Source: Planctomycetota bacterium (GTDB lineage Bacteria > Planctomycetota > B15-G4 > JADJEK01). From it: a stretch of 64,000 nucleotides of DNA. This document shows positions 1-12,100 of this stretch, piece after piece (position 1 is the stretch's first letter; each line of letters begins with the position of its first letter). The DNA lies in contig JBGAIQ010000016.1 in assembly GCA_044225365.1 (NCBI GenBank), positions 56,633-120,632 on the forward strand, given 5' to 3'. The notes under the pieces were generated by a model. It saw nothing but the letters and a program-made list of their open reading frames with translations, was not told the DNA's origin and ran no database searches. The translations under genes were made by a program, and so were the position numbers.

Positions 1-558
1 CGCCGCGACCTGCAGGAACGCGCGTTGACTCTCGACGGATAGGGAATCGAATCGTTGCGCGAGCGCGAGAAATCCGGGCACCACCTCCTCGCGCGGGAGT
101 CGCGCGATTTCGTCGCCCGTGGAATAGCCGTTCGCTCCCCGCTCCAGTCCGGCGAGGAGTATCGCCGCGCGATCGGCGGACGACGGTTCTTCGACGTGGG
201 GGATGGCGGCGGGAGCCGGTTCCGGAACGACGACCGGATCGTCGTCGGACTCGTCCCCGTCGACGATCTCGTCGCTCTCCGGCTCCTCCACCTTCTCGGA
301 CCTTGGCGGTGGATCGTCCTGCAGCACGTCGTCCACGATTCTCGGATCGTAGAAGGCTTCACCCGAGCGATAGACGTCATGGAACTGCGACTCGGGGATC
401 TGCGATGGCGCTGGCCCCTTGCCCCAGCCTCCGGCGCCATCTCCCAGCTCGCCGCGATCGAGCGGCGTGGTCGTGCCTTCCGGTGCGCCGCATCCGTGCA
501 CGGTCATCGCGGCCAGGAACAAGGGCAACGAGCGCGCCGCGATGACTCGAATCGACAC
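1..558 (-). CDS. Partial hypothetical protein, putative lipoprotein (3' end runs off the window)
   Basis: GTG at 558 preceded by GGGAG. Reads MSIRVIAARSLPLFLAAMTVHGCGAPEG (hydrophobic stretch then Cys), followed by an acidic/Pro-rich linker, and stays open to base 1. The + ORF 55..684 is its antisense shadow. Confidence 0.55.
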   Translation of the reverse strand, partial: MSIRVIAARSLPLFLAAMTVHGCGAPEGTTTPLDRGELGDGAGGWGKGPAPSQIPESQFHDVYRSGEAFYDPRIVDDVLQDDPPPRSEKVEEPESDEIVDGDESDDDPVVVPEPAPAAIPHVEEPSSADRAAILLAGLERGANGYSTGDEIARLPREEVVPGFLALAQRFDSLSVESQRAFLQVAA

Positions 559-683
559 TTGTTCTCCCTGTTTCGACCGCATCGTAAGCGCGGTCAATCT
601 CGCCTGCTCCTCAGAATCTCTCTCGCACTTCCCCCGCATTCATGGGAACCTGTGGGGATGCACCTCCTACCCCGAAAGCCTTG

Positions 684-2513
684 ATGTCCACTTCCGAAGA
701 AACGCCCGCCGCGCCCGCGGCACTGGGCTTTGCGGCCCTCGGCGTTGCGCCCGAGCTCGTCTCCACGTTGACCGCCCTCGGCTACGAGGAGCCGACGCCG
801 ATCCAGGGCCAGGCGATTCCGCCGTTCCTCGAGGGGCGCGACGTGCTGGGGCAGGCGGGGACCGGGACCGGCAAGACGGCCGCGTTCGCCCTCCCGCTCT
901 TGCAGCGCCTGCCGAAAGACGAGCCGAAGAAGGGCTGTCCGCAGGCGATCGTGCTCGTTCCCACGCGGGAGCTCGCGATGCAGGTGGCGGAGGCGATCCA
1001 CAAATATGGGCGCGAGAAGAAGGTCAGCGTGCTGCCGATCTACGGCGGGCAATCGATGATCCAGCAGTTGCGAGTGCTTGATCGCGGAGTGCGGATCGTG
1101 GTGGCGACGCCCGGCCGCGCACTCGATCACTTGACGCGCGGATCGCTCGATCTCTCGGCAGTGAAGACGATCGTGCTCGACGAAGCCGACGAGATGCTCG
1201 ACATGGGCTTCGCCGAGGACATCGACGCGATCTTCGAGAAGACACCGCGCGACCGCCAGACCGCGCTCTTCTCCGCGACGCTGCCGCCGCGAATCCTGTC
1301 GATCGCGAACCGCCATCTGAAGAACCCGGTCACGATCTCGATCGCGCGCGAGAAGACGAAGGCCGGCGAGGCGCCGCGAGTGAGTCACGTCGTGTACATC
1401 GTGCCGCGCGCGCACAAGCATACGGCGCTCGGCCGCGTGCTCGACATGGAGGCGCCCACGTCGGCGATCGTGTTCTGCCGCACGCGCATCGAGGTCGACG
1501 AGCTCACCGAGGCCATGAACGGGCGCGGGTTCCGCGCCGAGGCGCTGCACGGCGGATTCGCGCAGGAGCAGCGTGATCGCGTGATGAAGCGATTCCGCGG
1601 CGGTCAGTCCGAGCTGCTGATCGCGACCGATGTCGCCGCGCGCGGCCTCGACATCGAGCACATCTCGCACGTCGTCAACTACGACGTGCCCTCCGAGCCG
1701 GACATCTACATCCATCGCATCGGCCGCACCGGCCGCGCGGGTCGCGAAGGCGTGGCGATCACGTTCGTCGAGCCGCGCGAGCATCGGATGGTGAAGAACA
1801 TCCAGAACCTGATGCAGCAGAAGATCGTCGTCGCGACGATCCCGACGGTCGCCGATCTGCGGCAGCGCCGGCTCGAGCTGACGCGCACCGCGTTGCGCGA
1901 GGCGATCGTCGCCGGGAACCTCGATGTCTTCCGCAGCGCGATCGCGGAGCTCGCCTCGGAGTTCGATCCGATGGACGTCGCCGCCGCGGCGATGAAGCTC
2001 GCGCACGAGGCGAGCCACGAGGAGTCCGAGGCCCAGAAGGACGAGCAGGACGTCCCGCTCCAGGAGTTCGCGCACCATCCGGGGCCGCCGGACGGAGATC
2101 GGTCGCGGCCGCGCGACTTCGGGGGAAAGTCGTTCCGCAAGAAGCCGGAATGGGAGACCGCGCGCATCTTCATCGGTGCGGGCCGCAACGAAGGGCTCCG
2201 CCCGGGCGATCTCGTCGGCGCGATCGCGAACGAATCCGGTCTCGTCGGCAAGGAGATCGGGATCCTCGAGATCGCCGATCGGTTCGCCATCGTCGAGGTC
2301 CCGGCCGCGAAGGCCGAGGACGTGATCCGCGCGCTGAAGCGCACCAAATTGCGCGGGAAGCAGCCGACGATCCGTTTCGATCGTGGACCTGCGTATCCAC
2401 CGAGTCGCGCTCCGGGTCGCTCCTTGCCGCCGGGCGACAAGAAGGGCGGGGGCGGCCTCGAGCCGGCACCCCGCCCCAAATTCTCGTCGAAGAAACGCTT
2501 CAAGTCCGAGTGA
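684..2513 (+). CDS. deaD: DEAD-box RNA helicase, DeaD/CsdA-like, with C-terminal DbpA-type RNA-binding domain
   Basis: Q motif (GYEEPTPIQ), AGTGTGKT, PTRELA, TPGR, DEAD, SAT, ARGLD, HRIGRTGR; C-terminal GLRPGDLVGAIANE domain. ATG 684 chosen; the ORF extends to 642. Confidence 0.92.
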   Translation: MSTSEETPAAPAALGFAALGVAPELVSTLTALGYEEPTPIQGQAIPPFLEGRDVLGQAGTGTGKTAAFALPLLQRLPKDEPKKGCPQAIVLVPTRELAMQVAEAIHKYGREKKVSVLPIYGGQSMIQQLRVLDRGVRIVVATPGRALDHLTRGSLDLSAVKTIVLDEADEMLDMGFAEDIDAIFEKTPRDRQTALFSATLPPRILSIANRHLKNPVTISIAREKTKAGEAPRVSHVVYIVPRAHKHTALGRVLDMEAPTSAIVFCRTRIEVDELTEAMNGRGFRAEALHGGFAQEQRDRVMKRFRGGQSELLIATDVAARGLDIEHISHVVNYDVPSEPDIYIHRIGRTGRAGREGVAITFVEPREHRMVKNIQNLMQQKIVVATIPTVADLRQRRLELTRTALREAIVAGNLDVFRSAIAELASEFDPMDVAAAAMKLAHEASHEESEAQKDEQDVPLQEFAHHPGPPDGDRSRPRDFGGKSFRKKPEWETARIFIGAGRNEGLRPGDLVGAIANESGLVGKEIGILEIADRFAIVEVPAAKAEDVIRALKRTKLRGKQPTIRFDRGPAYPPSRAPGRSLPPGDKKGGGGLEPAPRPKFSSKKRFKSE

Positions 2514-2516
2514 GCC

Positions 2517-5500
2517 TCACTTGAACGGCTTGGTCTCGGCGTCGATCGAGCGCAGGAACGCGATCAGGTTCGCGCGCTGCGTCGGGTCCGCGACGAAGTG
2601 GTGGCGCGTTCCGCCGTTGTTGTCGAGCGATCCGTCGAGCACCGCGTCGAGCGTGGTGGCGAGCCCGCTGTAGAAGTACGGACCCGTCTCGTTCACCGAC
2701 AGCAGGGACGGGATGTTGAAGCCGTTCGCACCGAGCGGCGCGATCGCCTGCGAGATGTCCGCCGCGTTGAAGCGGATCTCGTTGGTGCGACCCGTCGTGG
2801 TGAACGTGCCCACGTTGTTGAGGACGTTCGGTCCCTGCTTCTTGGTCTGGCGCAGCTCGGCGCCGATGACGCGCTCGTTGCCGAACCCGAGCCCGATCTC
2901 CGGCGACGGCGGCTGCGCGTAATCGACGGTCGATCGCGTCCACTTCGCGCCGCCGTGGCAAGTGCTACAGCTCACGCCGGGGACGATGAGTCCTTCCTGC
3001 TGGAAGAGGGTCTTGCCGGCGAGGACGTTCAGGTCGTCCTGCGCGAGCGGGGCTCGCGCGGGGCGGACCTTCGCCGCGATCCACTTCGAGATCGCGTCGG
3101 CGCGCGCGTCGCGGCCGCTGTTCTTGGCGGTGAGGAAATTCGTCACGCCGGGCGGGCTCGAGAGCTGCAATCCGCGGCGGCCTTCGAACAGATTGCCCTT
3201 CAGCACCCAGCTCCCGCTCGGCGTGCCGGCGGGACCGGCGACGGCGCCGTTGTTGTTGATCGTGTATTCGAAGATCGTGCCGAATTCCGTGCCCGTCCCG
3301 TCGACTCCACCGACGACGTAGATCTGGTTCGTCGAGGTGGTGGCCGCGATGCCGAATTGCGCGCGCGCCGCGGGCATCGCAGTGTGGGTCGTCGCGACGA
3401 GCGTGACGGCCTGTGCGAGATACTCCTCGACGGTGTCGAGGACCGTGCCCGCCGCGTTCACGCCGCCGACGACGAACACGCGGGACGAAGCTCCCCGCAG
3501 TGCGGTCGCCGAGCCGTGGCTGCGGCGCAATGTGAGGCCCGCTGGATTGAAGCCCGTCCACGTGCCGGGTCCGACCGGGTCGGCCTGGAAGCGTTGGACC
3601 GGGTTGGTGTTCGTCAACGACGGCGTACCTTCGGAACCCGTGTTGCCCGACACGACGTGGACGAGCTGCAGCGGTTCTGCGGTGTTGATGCCGCCCGCGA
3701 CCGTGATGCCGAACTGAGCGACGGCGGTGGGGAGCGAGGCGACCGTGCGCCAGGTGTTGGAATCGGGATCGTATTCCTCGACGGTGTTCACGGGGCTCGC
3801 GGACGAGCTCGTGCTCGAATAGCCGCCGATGACGTAGATGCGCGGGCCGGCGGCCGTCTCGACGACGGCAGCGCCGAGCGAATGGCGCGGCGTGAAGCCG
3901 GACGTGCTCTTGTTCTTGTACTTGTTCTTGCGCGGATTGAACTCGACGACGGCGCCCGTTCCGGTGACGAGCGAGCCGTTGCCGCTGCCGGCGCGGCCGC
4001 CGAACAGGAACACGCGATCATCGGTCAGCGTCGCCGTCGCGAAATCACGGCGCGCGATCGCGAGGTTCGCGAGGGCAGCGTCGTCCTTCAGCGAATTGCT
4101 GTTCGTGACCGTGCCCGTCGACTGATCGAACTGCTCGACGCCGCCGAAATCGGTGGGGCCGGCCCCGAACGCTCCGCCGAGCGCAAGGAACAACCGATCG
4201 TCCTCGATCAGTCCGCGGCCGCCGAACACGCCGCGCGTGTTGAGCTCGAAGTCTTGGTTCTCGTCGCGAACACCGCTCCAGTTGAGGATGCGCTGCTTGC
4301 TGTCCTTGAACTCGGGGAACATGCCGTCGAGCGCGATCGTCTGGCGCGGGCCGGTGTCGAACATCCAGGTCACGTTGTCGCTGCGGCCGTTCGGGTGACA
4401 AACGATGCAGCCGCCCCAGGCCTCGGCCGACATCCGATCCTCGGGACCGCGACCGGCGTAGAACAGCTCCTGCCCGAGGGCGATGACGGCGTCATCCGTT
4501 CCTGCCTTCGGCAGCTTCTGGGACTTCGCGGTCGAGAGCAGCGTGGGCGCCGTCGCGTTGCCGATGTCGATCACCGACACCGAGCGGCTCACGAGGTTGG
4601 ACACGTAGGCGCGAGTACCCGCGCCGTTGAGCACGATGCCGTGGGGCGCCTTGCCTGCGATCTGCGTGCCCGTGACGGCTTCGAGATCGACGCGGACGAT
4701 CGAACTCGGTCCGGCGACGAGCGGAGCTCCGATCGTCGGTACTCCGTTCGCATCGACGGTGATGCGGACGATCACGTTCGCCTGCTGCACGGCGACCCAT
4801 GCATCCGAGCCGTCGGCGCGCCACGCGATCGCCACGGGATTGGTGAGGAAGAGGCGCGGCGCCGGAGTGGTCGCGAGGTTGATCCCCTGATTGAGATTGA
4901 GCGGAGCAGTGCGCCTCACATTGGGATCGGTCTGGGTCGCGGTGATCTCGAGGCGCGTCGACGTGTTGAAGACCGAGAGCAGTCCCTGCGCCATCGAGTT
5001 GAAGCGCAGAGGTCCATTCGGCGAAGCGCCGGTGGAGACGACGTACGCGAAATTTGCGCCCGGCTGGATCGCGATCGCCGCGAGCTGGTTCGGGAACGCG
5101 CCGGTCGGCGTGGTGAAGGTCTGAGGATTCGTCGAAGCGACGGCAGGAGTCGTCCCGCTCGCCGGCGCGAGCTTGCCGTTCGAGTTGAACCCGGTGCTCG
5201 CCATGGGGGCGAGGAGGATCGGATTCGGCGCAGAGAGCACGCCGTTCGTCGCCGCGGAGATCGCGATGACGCGGCCCTCCTTCGCATCGTCCTGACCTTC
5301 GTCGAGCGAAGTCTTCCCGCTTCGCAGCTCCGCGAAGAACAGCGGGACGTAGAGCGTCTCGTCGGTGTCGTCGGCGTCACCGTCGTTGGTCATCGTCATG
5401 CTGCGCGGGGACGTACCGAACGTCGCGAGATCGACGACGCCGACGATCGTGGGGATCGTGGCCGCCGCATTGAACACGAGTACGTCGTTCGCGGTCGCGC

Positions 5501-5930
5501 ACGCGACGTACAGGCGGGTGCCGTTGGGCGAGAGGAGTACCGCGGTCGGCTCGCTGCCGACCGAGAGCTTCGTGACCACCTTCTCGTGGACGAGGTCGAC
5601 GACGGCGACCTGACCGTCGAGGGAGAGAGAGACGAACGCGCGCGCCGCGGTTGGATCGATCGCGACGCTCGACGGTTCGCCGCCGACTTTCAGCGAGAAG
5701 CGTTTCTTCAACTCGTTCCCGACCACGTCGAACGCGGTGATCGAACCGCCGTCCGGGTTCACGTTGACGACGAGCGAGTCGTCGTGGCTGATCGCGATCG
5801 GGCTCGATTGCGGCTGGATCGGCAGCGCGACGCCCGCGTGCGCCGAGTGATCGAGGAAGGGAGATGCAAGCGCCGCGGCGGCCGCGACGACGGAATGGGC
5901 CACGGAACGGGTCATCGGCTTACTTTGCAT
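2517..5930 (-). CDS. Exported YVTN-type beta-propeller + di-heme cytochrome c (CCP/MauG-like) protein with inserted Kelch repeats
   Basis: ATG 5930 after GGAG; signal peptide (…HSAHA). YVTN-like repeats ([29 protein letters not shown]); CIVCH at 4395-4409 and CSTCH at 2955-2969; [17 protein letters not shown] tail. Kelch repeats (IYVIGG…VEEYDP…W) lie between the hemes. Confidence 0.8.
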   Translation of the reverse strand: MQSKPMTRSVAHSVVAAAAALASPFLDHSAHAGVALPIQPQSSPIAISHDDSLVVNVNPDGGSITAFDVVGNELKKRFSLKVGGEPSSVAIDPTAARAFVSLSLDGQVAVVDLVHEKVVTKLSVGSEPTAVLLSPNGTRLYVACATANDVLVFNAAATIPTIVGVVDLATFGTSPRSMTMTNDGDADDTDETLYVPLFFAELRSGKTSLDEGQDDAKEGRVIAISAATNGVLSAPNPILLAPMASTGFNSNGKLAPASGTTPAVASTNPQTFTTPTGAFPNQLAAIAIQPGANFAYVVSTGASPNGPLRFNSMAQGLLSVFNTSTRLEITATQTDPNVRRTAPLNLNQGINLATTPAPRLFLTNPVAIAWRADGSDAWVAVQQANVIVRITVDANGVPTIGAPLVAGPSSIVRVDLEAVTGTQIAGKAPHGIVLNGAGTRAYVSNLVSRSVSVIDIGNATAPTLLSTAKSQKLPKAGTDDAVIALGQELFYAGRGPEDRMSAEAWGGCIVCHPNGRSDNVTWMFDTGPRQTIALDGMFPEFKDSKQRILNWSGVRDENQDFELNTRGVFGGRGLIEDDRLFLALGGAFGAGPTDFGGVEQFDQSTGTVTNSNSLKDDAALANLAIARRDFATATLTDDRVFLFGGRAGSGNGSLVTGTGAVVEFNPRKNKYKNKSTSGFTPRHSLGAAVVETAAGPRIYVIGGYSSTSSSASPVNTVEEYDPDSNTWRTVASLPTAVAQFGITVAGGINTAEPLQLVHVVSGNTGSEGTPSLTNTNPVQRFQADPVGPGTWTGFNPAGLTLRRSHGSATALRGASSRVFVVGGVNAAGTVLDTVEEYLAQAVTLVATTHTAMPAARAQFGIAATTSTNQIYVVGGVDGTGTEFGTIFEYTINNNGAVAGPAGTPSGSWVLKGNLFEGRRGLQLSSPPGVTNFLTAKNSGRDARADAISKWIAAKVRPARAPLAQDDLNVLAGKTLFQQEGLIVPGVSCSTCHGGAKWTRSTVDYAQPPSPEIGLGFGNERVIGAELRQTKKQGPNVLNNVGTFTTTGRTNEIRFNAADISQAIAPLGANGFNIPSLLSVNETGPYFYSGLATTLDAVLDGSLDNNGGTRHHFVADPTQRANLIAFLRSIDAETKPFK

Positions 5931-6233
5931 GGGTTCTCCGGTTTCTCTAGGTCCTGCAACTCGGTCGGATCGGCGGAGGATTCCGCGAGCGACCCGCTGG
6001 GTTCGGATGGACGGAGAGACGCAATCCGTGCGGGTTGCCGACACCCTGGAGCACGATTCCGTGGGACTTTCTCACCCGTCGTCGAGAAGAGAACGAGTCG
6101 ATCGATCTCGAGCGAACAACCGTCCCGCGAGAATGGGTCATCCTTTTCCGCGTGCTTGCCCCTCGTCCTGGCTCGGCGTATCCTCGAAACGAACCGTTCG
6201 GCCTCGTACCGTCCCGCAAACGCAGGAGAACGC

Positions 6234-7703
6234 ATGGAACGATCGGACTCGAACCGAAATCCTCGCGGCGGGGTCTCCAGGCGAGAGATCCTGCGGATCG
6301 GTGGAGGCTCGCTCCTTGGAATGGGCGGACTCGGTGGGCTCTCGCTCTCCTCGCTGCTTCGCGCCGAAGCCCTCGCGAGGGAGGCGCCCGCGATGCCGAA
6401 GACGTTCGGCGCCGCGAAGAACCTGATCCTCGTCTTCCTTCAAGGGGGGCCGAGCCATCTCGATCTGTGGGATCCGAAGGACAACGTTCCCGACGACGTC
6501 AGGAGCGTTTTCAAGACGATTCCGGCGAAGGTTCCTGGGATGGAGGTCACCGAACTCCTCCCCAAGCTCGCGCAGGTGACGGACAAGCTGACCTTCATCC
6601 GATCGATGAGCTACTCCCCGGTCGGACTCTTCAATCACACCGCGGCGCATTATCAGATGTTGACCGGGTGGACCGCCGACAAGGTGAGTCCGTCGGGTCA
6701 GCTCGATCCACCGTCGCCCAAGGACTTCCCGAACCTCGGCAGCAACATCATCCGCTTGCGCCCTCCCGAGGTCCCGATGCTCTCCTTCGTGATGATGCCG
6801 CGGCCACTGCAGGAGAGCAACGTCATCGGCAAGGCCGGAACGGCGGGCTTCCTCGGTCGCGAGTTCGACCCCTACACCCTGTACCCGGCGGGCGACGATC
6901 TCGACAACGCCAAGATGGACCACGTCAAGGCCGAGGATCTCGAACTTCGACCCGAGGTCTCGGTCGATCGCCTCGAACGGCGCGCGAAGCTACGGGAATC
7001 GATCGACGCCGCGATGCCGGCGATCGATCGTGCGGTGAAGTCGTACGACCTCGACAAGTACGAAGAGAAGGCGCTCGGGCTCGTGCTCTCCGGACGGGCG
7101 CGCAAGGCGTTCGATCTCGAGAACGAGTCGGCCGCATTGCGCGACCGCTACGGGCGCACGACGTTCGGGCAATCCCTCCTCCTCGCGCGCCGATTCATCG
7201 AGGCGGGCACCCGCGTCGTCCAGGTGAACTGGCCGAAGGTCGCGAATTCGGACCTTCACTCCTGGGACATGCACACCGGACTCGTCGAGCGGATCCGGGA
7301 TCGCGCGGCGCCGATGTTCGACCCGGCGTTCTCGACGTTCATCACGGATCTCGACGAGCGCGGCCTCTTGAAGGAAACGCTCGTCGTCGCGGTGGGTGAG
7401 TTCGGTCGCAGCCCGCGCAAGGGCCTCTCGACCTCCGGCAACGACAACGACGCCCAAGGGCGCGATCACTGGCCGTACTGCTTCACGGCGCTCGTCGCGG
7501 GCGGCGGGATGAAGCGCGGCTACGTCCACGGCAAGTCGGACGCGACGGGATCGGCGCCGATCGAGAAGCCGGTCCATCCCACGGAGTTGCTCGCCACGAT
7601 CTACCACGCACTCGGAATCGATCCCGCGACGATCGTCTACAACCACTTGAATCAGCCGCGTGAGCTGGTGCAGGGCAGTCCCGTCACGGAGCTCTTCGCA
7701 TGA
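6234..7703 (+). CDS. DUF1501 domain protein (planctomycete-type, Tat signal)
   Basis: ATG 6234 after AGGAG; twin-Arg signal SRREILRIG; motifs [40 protein letters not shown]. Confidence 0.9.
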   Translation: MERSDSNRNPRGGVSRREILRIGGGSLLGMGGLGGLSLSSLLRAEALAREAPAMPKTFGAAKNLILVFLQGGPSHLDLWDPKDNVPDDVRSVFKTIPAKVPGMEVTELLPKLAQVTDKLTFIRSMSYSPVGLFNHTAAHYQMLTGWTADKVSPSGQLDPPSPKDFPNLGSNIIRLRPPEVPMLSFVMMPRPLQESNVIGKAGTAGFLGREFDPYTLYPAGDDLDNAKMDHVKAEDLELRPEVSVDRLERRAKLRESIDAAMPAIDRAVKSYDLDKYEEKALGLVLSGRARKAFDLENESAALRDRYGRTTFGQSLLLARRFIEAGTRVVQVNWPKVANSDLHSWDMHTGLVERIRDRAAPMFDPAFSTFITDLDERGLLKETLVVAVGEFGRSPRKGLSTSGNDNDAQGRDHWPYCFTALVAGGGMKRGYVHGKSDATGSAPIEKPVHPTELLATIYHALGIDPATIVYNHLNQPRELVQGSPVTELFA

Positions 7704-9121
7704 GGAACGATCTGCTGCTCGTCCTCGCCGTTGCGATTTCGCCCCTCGCGTCGGCCTACCCCGAAGGCGATCCCAAGCCTGCGGCTCCCGTCAGCTTCTC
7801 CCGCGACGTGCGACCGATCCTCGATGCGCACTGCGCGGGATGTCATCAGCCGGCGCGCCCGCGCGGCGGCCTCACGCTCACCTCGCACGCGGAGCTGATG
7901 GCAGGCGGAGAGAACGGTCCGTCGGTCGTTCCCGGCGCGCCCGACAAGAGCTTGCTCGTGACCCAGATCGCGCCGCACGATGGGGCGGCGCCGCTCATGC
8001 CACAGCAGCGCGAAGCGCTCGCGACGAAGGACGTCGACGTCATCAAGCGTTGGGTGGAGCAAGGCGCGAAGGACGACACTCCGAAGGAGCTGCGCGATCC
8101 GATCGATGCCAAGAACCCGCCGACGTACGAGCGCGCGCCGATCATTACATCGCTCGCGTATTCGCCCGATGGATCGCTGATCGCCGTTTCCGGACACCAT
8201 GAGACGCTGCTGCATCACGCCGATGGCAGCGGCCTCGTGAAGCGACTCGTGGGTCGCGCGGAGCGCGTCGAGTCGGTCGCCTTCTCGCCAGATGGCCGTT
8301 GGCTCGCCGTCGCAGGCGGATCGCCTGGCCGTCTCGGCGAGCTGCAGATCTGGGACGCCGCGAAGGGCGAACTGAAGCATGCGGAGAGCGTGACCACGGA
8401 TTCGATCCGCGGCGCGAGCTGGTCGGCGGACAGTCATCTCGTCGCATTCGGATGCGGCGATCACAGCGTACGCGCGCTCGACGTCACCACCTGGAAGCCC
8501 GTGCTCTACAGCGCCGCGCACGACGATTTCGTTCTCGGCACGGCGTTCAGTCTCGACGGCTCGCATCTCGTCTCGGTGAGCCGCGATCGTTCGATGAAGC
8601 TCGTCAAGGTCGCGACGCAGCAGTTCATCGACAACATCACGAGCATCACGCCGGGGCAGACGAAGGGCGGATTGATGGCGGTGGTCCGCCATCCTTCGCA
8701 AGACGTCGTCCTCACGGGCGGCGCCGACGGTGTTCCGCGGATCTACAAGATCTTCCGCGAGCAGGCCCGCAGGATCGGCGACGACTTCAACCTCGTCCGC
8801 GCGTTCGATCCGATGCCGGGTCGCATCGGTGCGGTCGCCTTCGGCAAGGACGGTCAGCGCATCGCTGTCGCGAGCAGCTTCGCCGATGGTGGTGAGGTTC
8901 GCGTCTACGACGCGGCCGACGGCAAGCTCGTGTGGTCGCATCCGGAGCCGGTCGCGATCTTCACGGTCGCGTTCAGCCCGGACGGCTCCGCCGTCGCGAT
9001 CGCGGGGCGCGAAGGCGTGGTGCATCGTCTCGACGGCGCGACGGGCGCCGAGCTCGGCAAGTTCGTTCCGGTTCCGTTGCGGGAGCCGGCTTCTCGTTCG
9101 ACTGCGGAGAATCTGCGATGA
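7700..9121 (+). CDS. Planctomycete cytochrome c (PSCyt1-type) + WD40 repeat protein
   Basis: Signal peptide; [11 protein letters not shown]…CAGCH…PG.PDKSLL…MP…W.EQGA; then WD40 repeats (LAYSPDG, VAFSPDG, AFSLDG). ATGA overlap with the upstream gene. Confidence 0.88.
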   Translation: MRNDLLLVLAVAISPLASAYPEGDPKPAAPVSFSRDVRPILDAHCAGCHQPARPRGGLTLTSHAELMAGGENGPSVVPGAPDKSLLVTQIAPHDGAAPLMPQQREALATKDVDVIKRWVEQGAKDDTPKELRDPIDAKNPPTYERAPIITSLAYSPDGSLIAVSGHHETLLHHADGSGLVKRLVGRAERVESVAFSPDGRWLAVAGGSPGRLGELQIWDAAKGELKHAESVTTDSIRGASWSADSHLVAFGCGDHSVRALDVTTWKPVLYSAAHDDFVLGTAFSLDGSHLVSVSRDRSMKLVKVATQQFIDNITSITPGQTKGGLMAVVRHPSQDVVLTGGADGVPRIYKIFREQARRIGDDFNLVRAFDPMPGRIGAVAFGKDGQRIAVASSFADGGEVRVYDAADGKLVWSHPEPVAIFTVAFSPDGSAVAIAGREGVVHRLDGATGAELGKFVPVPLREPASRSTAENLR

Positions 9122-12100
9122 CGGCTCCTGCCCGCGCAATGCGCGTGCTTCGTACCGCGTGGATCTGCGGCATCGCGGCGTCGCTCGTTGCTGCGGCCCA
9201 CGCGACGACGGCCAGGATCGAACCCGCACCCACGGATCCCCGCGCGCTCGCGGCCATCGAGATCGAGCCGTCGCAGATCGATCTCAAGAGTCCGTTCGAA
9301 TCGGTGCAGCTCCTCGTCACCGGTCGGCGCGTCGACGGCACTCGCGTCGATCTCACGCGCGAAGCGCATTTCTCGCAAAGCGACGCCGTCGAAGTCACGC
9401 CGCTCGGCCGGCTCCGCCCGCGACGCAACGGCAGCGGCGTGCTCGCCCTCGAGGTCGGCGGGCAGACGCTCTCGGTACCGGTCACGATCTCGGGGCAGAC
9501 CGAACAAGGCGATCCGGAGTTCCGGCGCGACGTCGAACCCGTACTCGGACGACTCGGCTGCAATGCTGGCACGTGCCATGGCTCGGCGAAGGGCAAGAAC
9601 GGTTTCAAGCTGTCGCTTCGCGGCTACGACCCCGAGTTCGATCACCTGTCACTGACCGATGACCTCGCCGGGCGGCGCTTCGATCCCGTCGAGCCCGAGC
9701 GCAGCCTCTTCCTTCTCAAGCCCACCGCTGCGATCGCGCACGAAGGTGGCCAGCGCCTACTCGCGGATTCGCCGGAATATCGAGTGTTGCGCGATTGGGT
9801 GGCTTCCGGCGCGCGATTCGATCGCATTCTCGCCGAGAAGGCGAAGGTCGAGCGAATCGAGCTCCTGCCGAAGGACGCCGATCTCGAAGGCCCTGGGGCG
9901 ACCCAGCAGATGGTGGTCCGCGCCACGTACCAGGACGGCACGCAGCGCGACGTCACGGCGCTCGCGTTCGTGGAGAGCGACGATCCCGAGGTGGCGAAGG
10001 TCGACGGAAACGGCGTCGTCACCGGAGTGCGGCGCGGCGAGGTCGCCGTGCTCGCCCGCTACGAGGGTTGCTACGCGGCGGCGCGCGTGCCCATCAACGC
10101 GGGTGCGGACGCGAAGTCGTTCACCTGGGTCGACGTTCCGGAATACGGCTTCATCGACGAACTCGTCGACAGGAAGCTCGCGCGGGTGAAGATGCTGCCC
10201 TCTCCGCTCGCGACCGATGCCGAGTTCATGCGGCGCGTGTACCTCGACCTCACGGGTCTCCCGCCGACGATCAAGCAGGCGCGCACGTTCCTCGACGATT
10301 CGCGCGACTCGAAGATGAAGCGCGAAGAACTGATCGATCGGCTCATCGGTAGCCCGGAGTTCGTCGATCACTGGACCCGCAAATGGGCCGACCTGCTTCA
10401 AGTGAACGCCAAGTTCCTCGGCGCCGACGGAGCGAAGGGTTTCCAGAACTGGATCCGCAAGGCGGTGGCGAGCAACGAGCCCTGGGACCGTTTCATGCGG
10501 GATGTGCTCGGCGCGTCGGGATCCACCGCGGCCAACCCTCCAGCTTCGTACTACAAAGTGCTTCGTGAACCCGATGTGGTGATGGAGAACACGACGCAGC
10601 TCGCGCTCGGCATCCGGTTCAGTTGCAACAAGTGCCACGACCATCCGTTCGAGCGCTGGACGCGGGCGCAACACTGGAAACTCGCGGCGTATTTCGCGCG
10701 AGTGATGCGAAAGAACGCCGACGGGTCGCCCCTGATGCCCGAGAAGGGCGGGAATCAACCGGACGACGCGCGCGTCGCGTACGAGGAGATGATCGGCGAC
10801 ATGGACGGTGGCGAGCTGAAGGATCCCGACAGCGGCGTCGTCGTCTCACCCGGTCTGCCCTACGCGTTCGAAACGGCAGGAGCGGCGAAGGACGAAGGCG
10901 GACGTCGCGATCAGGTGGTGGCGTGGATCACTGCGAGGGAGAATCCCTACTTCGCGATGAGCTTCGTGAACCGGATGTGGAGCTACTTCACGGGCGTCGG
11001 GTTCATCGAGCCCGTCGACGACATTCGAGCCACCAATCCGCCGACGAATCCGGAGCTCCTCGATCGATTGACGAAGGAGTTCGTGGCGCACGGATTCGAC
11101 ACCCGTTGGCTCGTTCGCGAGATCTGTCGCTCCCGCGTCTACCAGCAGTCCGTCGAGACCAACGACACGAACGCGGGCGACACGCGGAACTACTCCCACG
11201 CGACGGCGCGTCGCCTCCCGGCCGAAGTGCTCTACGACGCCGTGTTCGTGGCAACCGGGGCTACGCCTCGCCTGCCCGGCACGCGGCCCGGTACGCGCGC
11301 CGGCGAGACCGTCGACGCGACGCTCGACTCGGGCGACGGCTTCCTCGGACTCTTCGGTCGTCCGCCGCGCGAGAGCGTCTGCGAGTGCGAGCGCAAGGCC
11401 GGCATGTCGCTCGGTCAGGCGTTGAACCTCGTGAACGGGGATACGGTGGCGAGCGCTCTGCGCGCGGAAGGGAATACGATCTCGTCGCTCGTCGCGAACG
11501 TGCGCGATCCGAAGGCGATCGTCGAGGAGTTGTTCCTCTCGTTCCTCGGACGCGAGCCCACTCCGGAGGAAACGACCCGTTTCGCCGCGACCCTCGATCC
11601 GATGCGCGTCGCGAACGCCGCGGCGCTCGCGCCGACCGATGCAAAGGAACTCGGCACGCGTCGCTCGGCCTTCGAGTCGGGACTCCATCCCGCCGAGTGG
11701 TCTTCGAGCAAGTTCGTGAGCGGGCGGTCCGATGCCGGCGCGGCGTTCGAAGCGAAGGAGGACGGCTCCGTGCTGGTCACCGGACCGATCGCCGACAAGG
11801 ATACGTACACCCTCGTCTTCTCGACGGATCGCGTCGGGATCACGGGTATTCGCCTCGATGCGGTACCGGACGATTCGCTGCCGGGACACGGTCCGGGCCG
11901 TGCACCGAATGGCAACTTCGTGCTCGGCGAGATGCGCGTCGTCGCGATCCCGTTCGGCGCGCCGGCCGCCGCCAAGACCCTCACGCTGAAGGAGGCGACG
12001 GCCGATTTCGCGCAGGCCGAATTCCCCCCGATGAACGCGTTCGATGGCAAGCTCGAGACGGGCTTCGCGATCGTGCCGCAGACCGGGCGTGCGCATTCGC

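Noticed and set aside
2598-6233. N-terminal ~1200 aa of the 1701-aa + ORF, and similar long ORFs (594-2078, 19779-22394, 29552-31672, 55572-58247, 61899-63995)
   Set aside because: These are antisense shadows of real genes in high-GC DNA: Arg/Val-rich, motif-free and in mirror register with the true CDS.
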